A DNA stretch of 33,315 bases from a virus: positions 1 to 33,315 of IMG/VR virus record IMGVR_UViG_3300049032_000027. The stretch is one strand, 5' to 3'. Both the position numbers and the translations under genes were made by a program. The notes beneath the pieces are model-generated. The model was not told where the DNA came from and did no database searches. It was given only the letters and a program-made list of their open reading frames with translations. Below are positions 17,705 to 24,960 of this stretch, piece after piece; within the stretch, counting starts at the first letter, position 1; each line of letters starts with the position of its first letter.

Positions 17705-17965
17705 ATGGCTATTATTAAAACAGTACAGTACACCGGCGCAAGTTCAGTATCGACATTGTCGGGAGATATTAGGCTTGAACAATCCAAGGGAAGGCTTGTG
17801 ATTTACGATCCCTCAAACCAACAGGAGCTTACTGTAGTGGATAGGACAGGGTTCTTGTTCTCTGATGGCACAGATAGGCGTATTAAACTTGGTTCATATG
17901 CTACAAGAGTCGGATTCTGGATGTCGAAGCCCGGTGAGGACGTAATCGACTTATTGGCGGCGTAA
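17705..17965 (+). CDS. Hypothetical tail-module protein
   Basis: Called on position. TATAAT ends 7 nt before the ATG and there is no Shine-Dalgarno sequence. Confidence 0.4.
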   Translation: MAIIKTVQYTGASSVSTLSGDIRLEQSKGRLVIYDPSNQQELTVVDRTGFLFSDGTDRRIKLGSYATRVGFWMSKPGEDVIDLLAA

Positions 17966-18654
17966 TGAGTCTTTCTAGCTCAAAACTAATGCAAATCGAC
18001 TCCGACTATCCGTTGGACAAGATAATATGGCTTAGGTCGGGTAGCGTGTCAGTACCCTCAATGGGATTTAACGATGTTCACATTCCACATGGATTACCAT
18101 TTATGCCACTTCCTAGAGGATTATGGACAACTGACAGTACTTGGCAGACTGCTTATGAAATGAATAGTGGCCCAATAACAACAAGCCCCACAGCACCCTC
18201 CCCCTTTACTTTTGATACGGGCATTGAAGCCAACTCAACAGAAGTAATCTTTCGCAACCAAAACTGGACAGGTTCAACTGCTACGCTTTATTACCGTATT
18301 TATGCGTTTATGCCCTCCACTGTTAATCTTGACGCACCGTTCACAAATGTAGGTGTAGATAATTTCATGATTAACTCAGATTATAACTATACAAAACTCT
18401 ATTTAGCAGGAGTGACGGCAGCATCTGGTGTAGCAAGCTCAACCGCAGTCGTTCCCCATAATCTAGGATATCGGCCTCAAGTTATGGCATGGGCCGAAAG
18501 AGACGGGACAGTTTATGACGAAACGTATACTTATGTAAATTCAGGTGTTCCAGATAGTGGATGTGACGTGAACATAAACGATCTAACTTTTACGAGAGCC
18601 TCATTTATACCGACCACGGAAAGGTTCCATTATAGAATTTATTTGGATGAATAA
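17965..18654 (+). CDS. Hypothetical tail/baseplate protein
   Basis: Called on position; overlapping stop/start. Confidence 0.4.
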   Translation: MSLSSSKLMQIDSDYPLDKIIWLRSGSVSVPSMGFNDVHIPHGLPFMPLPRGLWTTDSTWQTAYEMNSGPITTSPTAPSPFTFDTGIEANSTEVIFRNQNWTGSTATLYYRIYAFMPSTVNLDAPFTNVGVDNFMINSDYNYTKLYLAGVTAASGVASSTAVVPHNLGYRPQVMAWAERDGTVYDETYTYVNSGVPDSGCDVNINDLTFTRASFIPTTERFHYRIYLDE

Positions 18655-19072
18655 TATGACAAAACCAGAACAATTCATACTAAATTCAGATTACGCAACA
18701 TTAAAGAATGATGCAAGGAATACTATTCAAATTACCATTCCTGGAAGTATGGTAATTAGTGCGTCTTCTACATATTCAAATTCAACAATAATTACACTCG
18801 GTACTATTGGGGCGGCGATTCGTTCAAGGATAAACTCCAACAAAGACCCTAGCTTAGATATGTTGGGTTCTTCCGTAAGTTATTCAAGAACTGGAACTTC
18901 AGGAGGAGGCCCGGCTTTGTATGATGTACTTGCATGTGTAACTCGTGAATCATCTACTACTGTAAGGTTAACAGTTCTAATTCGTAATCCTTACGGTGCA
19001 ACATTAACATTAGCAGCAGGGAGTGAAATTATAACGGCAGACATAAACACGTTCTTGTCTCCGTATGCTTAG
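18647..19072 (+). CDS. Hypothetical tail/baseplate protein
   Basis: Called on position. Confidence 0.4.
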   Translation: MNNMTKPEQFILNSDYATLKNDARNTIQITIPGSMVISASSTYSNSTIITLGTIGAAIRSRINSNKDPSLDMLGSSVSYSRTGTSGGGPALYDVLACVTRESSTTVRLTVLIRNPYGATLTLAAGSEIITADINTFLSPYA

Positions 19073-19611
19073 TATCGGCTTTTCGCAAGTTCTGAGTCGA
19101 AGAAGGAACCTTTTCCACCGTATGCGTCAAGATAATTTCTTGTATTGTTGAATCGTTTAGATTCAAATGGAACACCCGTAGAACAGTAGCTAGCAAAGGC
19201 GGTTAGGGCTTTCATGTTTTTTTCACGTACATCTTCAGTAAATCGTTCAGGATACATTGCTACGATAGCATTTAAACACTCTTGGTCGTACTGAGTCTGA
19301 AACATATGAGGATAGTCTTTTGCTATTTCTTCTATAGATCGGACTGACGATGGCGCTTGGGCCTGTGCGAGTTCTGGAGTATCATCAACGAATAGCTCTG
19401 AATCACTAGGAACTTCCATAGCCGCCATTTCTAGTTCAACTGGTTTAGTTTCTTCCTGTTTAGTTACTTCGGCGTTATTTTTTACATTACTGGTAGGTTC
19501 TTCCGTCATACTACTATTATAAACTGTATAAACTTCTGTAGTGTATAAAACCCCTAATAAAACAGTCACCCACACGACTTTACTCTTTAAAACAATATTT
19601 ACTAATTCCAT
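19069..19611 (-). CDS. N-terminally membrane-anchored protein of unknown function (moron-like)
   Basis: The N-terminal hydrophobic segment VVWVTVLLGVLY is followed by an acidic linker and a globular domain. It is preceded on the minus strand by the early promoter and leader (GAAAGG-aataat-ATG). Confidence 0.6.
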   Translation of the reverse strand: MELVNIVLKSKVVWVTVLLGVLYTTEVYTVYNSSMTEEPTSNVKNNAEVTKQEETKPVELEMAAMEVPSDSELFVDDTPELAQAQAPSSVRSIEEIAKDYPHMFQTQYDQECLNAIVAMYPERFTEDVREKNMKALTAFASYCSTGVPFESKRFNNTRNYLDAYGGKGSFFDSELAKSRY

Positions 19612-19644
19612 ATTATTCCTTTCATTGCTAATAATATACTATTC

Positions 19645-19673
19645 AATATAGCACATGCTTAAATATTATGCAA
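19645..19673 (-). promoter_or_regulatory. Early-type sigma-70-like promoter (minus strand): TTGCAT-17-TATATT with AAGCATGTGC spacer
   Basis: The reverse complement reads TTGCAT...AAGCATGTGCTATATT, identical in core to the promoters at 24961, 27729 and 28779. Confidence 0.6.
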
Positions 19674-19682
19674 TAGATAATA

Positions 19683-20054
19683 ATGTATAATAAAACTAAG
19701 ATGGAAAGACTAGTGAATGCAAACATACCAGGTATATTTAGAAAGCTTCGTGGCCTTGAAGAGGACGATATACAGGTAAATAAATATGCAGGCGGGTATC
19801 CTTACAAATTAAATGGAGTTTTACGTGAGAGTGATTCTCGTACTCCTATCTATTCGTACGCAAAAAACTATAAGAAATATAATGAAATGTTTTGTATTTT
19901 TTTGTGGTCGCCAGAGAGTGACATACAGAAAATAGAGAAGTTCATGGACGATTCAGTTAAATTAGTTAAAAAAGACCAAATTAAAAAAATAGTGTCAGAC
20001 CCAGTATTTAGTAACTGGCAGTATCTCGACACTGAATACAAAGGAGACAAATAA
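19683..20054 (+). CDS. Hypothetical protein
   Basis: ORF only; no recognisable motif. Confidence 0.45.
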   Translation: MYNKTKMERLVNANIPGIFRKLRGLEEDDIQVNKYAGGYPYKLNGVLRESDSRTPIYSYAKNYKKYNEMFCIFLWSPESDIQKIEKFMDDSVKLVKKDQIKKIVSDPVFSNWQYLDTEYKGDK

Positions 20055-20638
20055 TGGCACTTCCCTATCCTGGTAAAGACGCCGTTCCATTCACCCCGCT
20101 TACTGCACAGTTTCTAGATGAAATGATTGCTAATGATGAGGCGTTAGCAGCGGGAACAGGGTTTAATAATGGTGCTATTCCAACTTCAGCTTACCAAGAT
20201 GGATCAGTGACACCCGTAAAATACTCAAATTTATATAAATTTAGTGCCACGTTTACTGCAGCACAGAGTCCCGGTGGGGCAACAAAAATAAACCTAGGGG
20301 TAGAATTATATGATACTAACAATAACTTCGATACTTCCCTGAGTAGGTATACTGCGCCCATCACTGGTCATTATCACTTTGATGCTCAACTTACTCAATT
20401 CATTGGCAACGGTCAGACACAATGTGCAATTTATAAAAACGGAACGGTATTAAAGTATGCCCCACTATTCTTTAATGCTACTGGGGGGGCACAGAATATG
20501 GGAAGTAATGTATCGGCAGATGTAAAATTAAATGCCGGTGATTATATTGAACTTTACACTGGTGCAGTTACGACGGGTGCAGCAGTAGGAGGCCAAGATA
20601 GGACCTTCCTTAATGGTCATTTAATTAGTATCACATAA
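20054..20638 (+). CDS. C1q/BclA-C-terminal-like fibre or receptor-binding protein (putative)
   Basis: ITGHYHFDAQL ... CAIYKNGTVL ... AGDYIELY follows the C1q-type jelly-roll pattern; position near the tail end. Confidence 0.45.
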   Translation: MALPYPGKDAVPFTPLTAQFLDEMIANDEALAAGTGFNNGAIPTSAYQDGSVTPVKYSNLYKFSATFTAAQSPGGATKINLGVELYDTNNNFDTSLSRYTAPITGHYHFDAQLTQFIGNGQTQCAIYKNGTVLKYAPLFFNATGGAQNMGSNVSADVKLNAGDYIELYTGAVTTGAAVGGQDRTFLNGHLISIT

Positions 20639-20710
20639 GGAGTAGTACCATGAATACAAACCAAGATGAAGAATTCCAAGGAGAAGTATTTCCAGTAGAG
20701 GAGAGCACTA

Positions 20711-21367
20711 ATGAGTAGTCTACAACAATTCAGAGAATGGTCTATATCACAGGGGCAAGTTAGCAACCCAACAACTCAAGTTGTAAACCAATATCCTGGA
20801 CAGTGCGTTTCACTTGTACAGCAGTATCTTGATAGAGTATTCGGAATTCCTTACGCTCCTAGGGGGAACGCCAAAGACTTTGTACCACCTACTTTTAGTA
20901 GAGTCTCGGGAGGTCTTCTTCCAGGTGACATAATCCGCTATGGGAAAAACTATGGTGGGGGATACGGTCACATCGGAATTATTGATGACGATGGAAAGTT
21001 CCTTGATCAAAACGGTACTGTACCACTACGTGTAGGACGTAGGGACCAACCGTTTAATGGCATTGAGAGTGTTTGGCGACCAACAAAAGCCCTCCAAGTA
21101 AAAACTCCGAGCGATCAACGTCGGACAGCGAATGGAATAGCTACTGTAATCACCATGGCATTGAATGTGAGAAGTGAACCCTCAACTTCAGCATCCGTCG
21201 TAGCTACTTACAAACGGGGTGATAGATTTACGTATGATAGTTACATAATTGCTAACGGGTTCGTATGGCTTAGTTACATTGGTAATAGTGGAAACCGACG
21301 TTATGTGGCCGAGGGTCCATATGACGGCAACCGTAACAACATATATGTAACAGGAGGAATAAGTTAA
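20711..21367 (+). CDS. Endolysin: CHAP amidase/peptidase domain plus SH3b cell-wall-binding domain
   Basis: YPGQCVSLVQQYL (catalytic Cys), GYGHIGII (His), and C-terminal NVRSEPSTSASVVATYKRGDRFTYDSYIIANGFVWLSY (SH3b). Confidence 0.85.
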   Translation: MSSLQQFREWSISQGQVSNPTTQVVNQYPGQCVSLVQQYLDRVFGIPYAPRGNAKDFVPPTFSRVSGGLLPGDIIRYGKNYGGGYGHIGIIDDDGKFLDQNGTVPLRVGRRDQPFNGIESVWRPTKALQVKTPSDQRRTANGIATVITMALNVRSEPSTSASVVATYKRGDRFTYDSYIIANGFVWLSYIGNSGNRRYVAEGPYDGNRNNIYVTGGIS

Positions 21368-21612
21368 TGAACAATACAGTAACATCCTACGTTAGAACAT
21401 ACGCCCCAATTGTAGCAGGAACGATTATTGCATGGCTTACTTCAAACGGTATCGAGACTGATGAAAACTTTAGCACTAACTTAACACTTGCTTTAAGCTT
21501 AGCGTTTTCAATGCTTTACTACCTAGTTGCCCGACTGGTTGGTAAGAAGTACCCTGTAGTTGAGAGATTTATGTTAGGCTCTTCTAAGACGCCAGTATAT
21601 AGGGAGAAATAG
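21367..21612 (+). CDS. Holin-like protein with two transmembrane segments
   Basis: Two hydrophobic segments and a charged C-terminus; ATGA-type overlap with the endolysin gene. Confidence 0.5.
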   Translation: MNNTVTSYVRTYAPIVAGTIIAWLTSNGIETDENFSTNLTLALSLAFSMLYYLVARLVGKKYPVVERFMLGSSKTPVYREK

Positions 21613-21613
21613 T

Positions 21614-21964
21614 ATGAAATTTGAAGGCGGCACATCAAGTGTAATTAGTACAGGGACTAAAACAATCCTATTAAATGACGATACGATTAATATTGATGAG
21701 GTATTCTTTTCTACAGAAGAACCTGACGACAACGCATCAGTAGGTTGGAGCAATATTACGTCCAATTATACTCGGAATCCCCTATATAACGACTCATCAA
21801 CTTCATATGCCCTGAGGCATTACAAGAATGTAGGGGGAGTAAAAACTCTCATCTTGTCTATCAATATACCTAGCACAGGATTTGATGAAGCAGGTGAGCT
21901 AACAATGACTATTAATACTGTCGTTGGAACTCCGAAGCTTTATTTCTTAGTAAAAGGAACGTAA
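21614..21964 (+). CDS. Hypothetical protein
   Basis: ORF only. Confidence 0.4.
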   Translation: MKFEGGTSSVISTGTKTILLNDDTINIDEVFFSTEEPDDNASVGWSNITSNYTRNPLYNDSSTSYALRHYKNVGGVKTLILSINIPSTGFDEAGELTMTINTVVGTPKLYFLVKGT

Positions 21965-21968
21965 AGAT

Positions 21969-22307
21969 ATGGCAAAAACACAAACAGAGCTAGAATCACC
22001 CGCAAAAGTCTACCAATTAATAGCAATCGAGACAAAAGTTGATAGCCTCTTTGAGGTAGTCAAAAAAATTGAGGCTAATACGACTGGTGTGGCTACAGTA
22101 GGATACGTAGCAGGTGCAATAGAAAAAGTTGAGGATGAGCTTAGAAAGTATATAGATAAAGAAATATCTGACACAGTAGTGAACATCCATGCTAAGTATG
22201 AACCAATGCAAAAAGAGCACGAATGGGTTAAATATACAGTCATCGGCGGAATAGCCTTACAGTTAATTGTTGCAGGTATCCTATACCTTGTAACTAAAGG
22301 GGTATAA
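21969..22307 (+). CDS. XhlA-like coiled-coil protein with C-terminal TM anchor (putative lysis accessory)
   Basis: Coiled-coil N-terminus, C-terminal VIGGIALQLIVAGILYLV, and position in the lysis region. Confidence 0.4.
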   Translation: MAKTQTELESPAKVYQLIAIETKVDSLFEVVKKIEANTTGVATVGYVAGAIEKVEDELRKYIDKEISDTVVNIHAKYEPMQKEHEWVKYTVIGGIALQLIVAGILYLVTKGV

Positions 22308-22308
22308 G

Positions 22309-22755
22309 ATGAAATTTGATAAAGGTAGAACGGTAACGTGGTTATTACTACTCTTTATTTTAATTGTCCTATTCAATATTTATACTTTGATAAAAGAACG
22401 AGATCAAATATACAAAAGTCTTGAGAGTACTATATTTAACAAAGTAATAAGCAATATTCCAGAGCCAAAAAATGGGATAGATGGCGATACGCCAGTTAAG
22501 GGTATAGATTACTTTGATGGCAGAGACGGACGTGATGGTGAGAACGGAAAAGACGGTCAAGATGGCCGTGACGGGGTAGACGGAGCACAGGGCCCTCAAG
22601 GAATTCAGGGAGAAAAGGGAGAACCAGGAGCAAATGGACTCACTCCCCAGCTTAGATGCAACAAAGAGAAGAACAGATGGGAAGTTAGGTATAGTGATGA
22701 CCAAAACTGGGAACTACTGAACGGTGAAAAAGTAAGGTGTACAAACGGACTATGA
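22309..22755 (+). CDS. Membrane-anchored collagen-like repeat protein
   Basis: N-terminal TM segment WLLLLFILIVLFNIYTLI, then Gly-X-Y repeats GRDGRDGENGKDGQDGRDGVDGAQGPQGIQGEKGEPGANG. Confidence 0.7.
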   Translation: MKFDKGRTVTWLLLLFILIVLFNIYTLIKERDQIYKSLESTIFNKVISNIPEPKNGIDGDTPVKGIDYFDGRDGRDGENGKDGQDGRDGVDGAQGPQGIQGEKGEPGANGLTPQLRCNKEKNRWEVRYSDDQNWELLNGEKVRCTNGL

Positions 22756-22756
22756 T

Positions 22757-22900
22757 ATGGAATCGCCGAACGAAATACTTACACCATGGTATGACGGTGA
22801 AACTATAGAATGGATAACACCACCAGAATATTATTCTAGGTTATTAGGAAATATAGCTTGTACTGAACTCGACATTATTATCGACTCTCCAACAGAATAG
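22757..22900 (+). CDS. Small hypothetical protein (47 aa, below the ORF-track cutoff)
   Basis: ATG 2 nt after the upstream stop: MESPNEILTPWYDGETIEW... Confidence 0.35.
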   Translation: MESPNEILTPWYDGETIEWITPPEYYSRLLGNIACTELDIIIDSPTE

Positions 22901-22936
22901 TAATAGGTGTATAATTAAAGTGTAACAAGGAGGAAT

Positions 22937-23083
22937 ATGAGTTTACTTTTAGCTTTAGTTTGTGGAGTACTAGCATACTTCGTCGCATCACTAGTTTTTA
23001 ACCAGGTAATTTCAGTTCTAATCGGAGTAGTTGTAGCATTGTCTGTTGCATTCGATTGGAGAACTGGAAGTTGGCGGAGATAA
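22937..23083 (+). CDS. Small two-TM membrane protein (48 aa, below the ORF-track cutoff)
   Basis: AAGGAGG is 5 nt before the ATG. Sequence MSLLLALVCGVLAYFVASLVFNQVISVLIGVVVALSVAFDWRTGSWRR. TGTATAAT lies at 22907-22914 upstream. Confidence 0.5.
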   Translation: MSLLLALVCGVLAYFVASLVFNQVISVLIGVVVALSVAFDWRTGSWRR

Positions 23084-23131
23084 ATAGTATAATAAAAGCA
23101 CAGTAGTTCTTGTTTCGCCAAAACATTAAAT

Positions 23132-23155
23132 AAGCCCCAGAAATGGGGTTTGTTT
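23132..23155. terminator. Hairpin terminator, probably bidirectional
   Basis: AAGCCCCA-gaaa-TGGGGTTT followed by GTTT on the + strand. On the - strand the same stem is followed by CTTATTTAATGTTTT. Confidence 0.7.
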
Positions 23156-23748
23156 AATTAAATGGGTATATTTACTAGTTTATAACTAAAGGTCCTGTAT
23201 GATGCTTTAAATCGTTAATTACGGGTACTTATTCTATCTCTAATGAATAGTTCTAAGTAAATCATTATCCTTTTCATGAAACTACGCTCAATCCTGGCTA
23301 GTTCAATGATATCTAGTATGTCTTTTTCATCCCGTTTCAAGCGGTGTGAAGTTCAACTGGTCATTACTCCATTATAACAGAAACAATTAGACCATCTCCC
23401 CTACTACTTTAGGAGCTAAACAATTCCAAACCCTTAACATCTACTCTCTATCGCTATCAATGCTCACGTACTTCTACGGCTTGCCAGTTGGTTTCTGTCC
23501 CAATAACGATATTAGTCAGTATTAGTACGGAGTAAGAGAGACGAATCGAATATTTAATCAAGGCTCGTCACACCTGTCCGTACTAAGTTTCGGCACGTTC
23601 ACTTCATTTTTCGTCCAGACCATTTTCGCCACTTTGCGAAAATGGTCATTGGGAGGGGCTACTAGTGCTCGGTGCAGTTTTGATTGAAGACAGGTAAGGG
23701 GTAGTGAGTCCAGGATCGTGCAGGAACACGATTCAGCTACTCACTCAC

Positions 23749-23810
23749 GGAGTCGGACTCGAACCGACGACCTCCCATATTGGGTGCTCTACCGACTGAG
23801 CTATCCCCTC
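23749..23810 (-). ncRNA. tRNA-like element: canonical D arm and T arm, truncated anticodon arm, no local acceptor stem
   Basis: The minus strand reads GAGGGGA-TA-GCTC-AGTCGGTA-GAGC-A-CCCAATATGGG-AGGTC-GTCGG-TTCGAGT-CCGAC-TCCGTGA. The anticodon arm is 11 nt instead of 17, and the 3' side pairs with only 3 of the 7 acceptor positions. Confidence 0.6.
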
Positions 23811-24010
23811 TAACCCCATATCCATCCTCAATCCTTGAAGACATGGTGCTAGTAGCAAAGACATGACCTACGTTTAGCCCGACGTATCAAGGCAGGCATA
23901 TGGGAGTCGTCTTACTACCCACTAACTTTCTAACCAATAGGTGGACGTGCTACTTATTACACCAGCTCTTCACGTAGGAGCATTACTACCAGCACAACTA
24001 TCTTCAAGTG

Positions 24011-24040
24011 TTGATTATAGACACTAGAGAGAGGGAGATA
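24011..24040 (-). promoter_or_regulatory. Promoter/operator-like element (minus): TATCTCCCTCTCTCTAGTGTCTATAATCAA
   Basis: Matches 25/30 ungapped positions of the + strand element at 24462-24491. Contains a perfect TATAAT and points into the ncRNA region. Confidence 0.5.
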
Positions 24041-24053
24041 ATTATTTATTTAA

Positions 24054-24440
24054 CTATGCTTTTACTCTATGTTCGGCAAACTCAAGGAGATTAAAATAAA
24101 TCTCAAATTGCCATTGACCTAATTCACCTGTATCGTCGTCAAAATGGTCAAACCACGCCTTAACAACGAACATTCCAGTAGATGATGATAAGTCTCTGTA
24201 GTTTCCTTTTGGAACGTTACGTATTATTGACTTGCCGACACTATTTACCAGTTCAGTAATGGTGTCTTGTAATTTGTACACACTAGGTATTCTATCTCCG
24301 TAATCGTATCCGAGTGACTGAAATAAGGGAGCTGCTTTGATAGCGGCTGCTTCAGTGTATTCGTTTACATAAACGCTTTCCCACCCAAGTGCGTCACAAA
24401 CTATTTCTAAATCGTTCGTAATCTTATCATGAACATCCAT
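24054..24440 (-). CDS. Acidic hypothetical protein (128 aa)
   Basis: GGAG is 5 nt upstream of the ATG on the minus strand. It is one of three minus-strand CDSs called here (with 11874-12086 and 19069-19611) and is flanked by the inverted 30-nt elements. No recognisable motif. Confidence 0.6.
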   Translation of the reverse strand: MDVHDKITNDLEIVCDALGWESVYVNEYTEAAAIKAAPLFQSLGYDYGDRIPSVYKLQDTITELVNSVGKSIIRNVPKGNYRDLSSSTGMFVVKAWFDHFDDDTGELGQWQFEIYFNLLEFAEHRVKA

Positions 24441-24461
24441 ATGATTCTCCTATCATATTTG

Positions 24462-24491
24462 TATCCCTCTCTCACTAGTATCTATAATCGA
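24462..24491 (+). promoter_or_regulatory. Promoter/operator-like element (plus): TATCCCTCTCTCACTAGTATCTATAATCGA
   Basis: Inverted copy of 24011-24040; TATAAT at 24483-24488 pointing rightwards. Confidence 0.5.
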
Positions 24492-24494
24492 TAG

Positions 24495-24606
24495 ACTGCT
24501 AAACTATCTTATGTTAAGGTATTTGCTACTTAAAACAATAACTGCTATACTATGAGTATAAGACTCATGGCTGAGCAACTGCACCCTATACGGGTGCTTT
24601 TTGTTT
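24495..24606 (+). ncRNA. Possible short terminated transcript (about 50-110 nt)
   Basis: Lies between TATAAT 24483-24488 (or TGCTATACT 24541-24549) and the terminator at 24580-24606. No ORF. Contains hairpins GATAG/CTATC and ATGAGT-ataag-ACTCAT. Confidence 0.3.
24580..24606 (+). terminator. Rho-independent terminator
   Basis: GCACCC-tatac-GGGTGC followed by TTTTTGTTTT. Confidence 0.75.
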
Positions 24607-24960
24607 TAACTAACCCCTATTCGACTCATGGCTTAGAAGAATCAAATAGTTATACCAATAATACCACAGAAGAAACAAAAGTACACCCATTAACATACAA
24701 AAGTGGAGGGTAGAATACTTTGTATAGGGTATACGATTGACTAACATAAGTCAGAATAGGGGGTATAAGGTTCATGACGAAATCACGTCACTATATTTAG
24801 TATAGCATATTTTGAACAAAACAAAAAGGACCCGTAGTGTGAGGCCCTTTAAGGATTGATGTCAAGCAATGAAAGAAAACTTTATAGGGACGGCGAAGCC
24901 GTAAAGTAATCCATCAATCATTTTTATAATAGCATATAATCATAATCTTTGTAAATTACC

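Larger units (their letters stand above)
23130..24009 (-). ncRNA. Candidate large structured ncRNA (about 0.9 kb) with an embedded tRNA-like module
   Basis: No ORF of 60 aa or more in any frame between 23122 and 24053. A TATAAT element is at 24019-24014 (minus). Several exact long-range helices are present, one with a G-U pair valid only on the minus strand. Terminator hairpin at 23135-23148. Confidence 0.55.

Noticed and set aside
20650-20718. A 22-aa ORF (MNTNQDEEFQGEVFPVEESTNE) with an AAGGAG RBS between the fibre-like gene and the endolysin.
   Set aside because: It is too short to support from sequence alone. The RBS may simply be fortuitous or serve translational coupling to the endolysin gene.
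22915-23121. Track ORF on the minus strand (68 aa).
   Set aside because: It is antisense to a better-supported + strand small membrane ORF (22937-23083, with AAGGAGG RBS). It has no RBS and runs into the terminator hairpin.
23745-23812. Calling the element a normal tRNA gene (minus strand).
   Set aside because: The anticodon arm is 11 nt with no 7-nt loop, so no anticodon can be assigned. The 3' flank (TCCGTGA) does not form a 7-bp acceptor stem with GAGGGGA. I kept it as a tRNA-like ncRNA module instead.
23130-24009. tmRNA, a group I intron in a tRNA, or an attP site derived from a host tRNA.
   Set aside because: tmRNA lacks a canonical D arm, and I see no tag-ORF/resume context. tRNA group I introns sit in the anticodon loop, but here the D and T arms are contiguous. 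attP sites carry the 3' part of a tRNA and need an integrase, and no integrase is recognisable in the genome.
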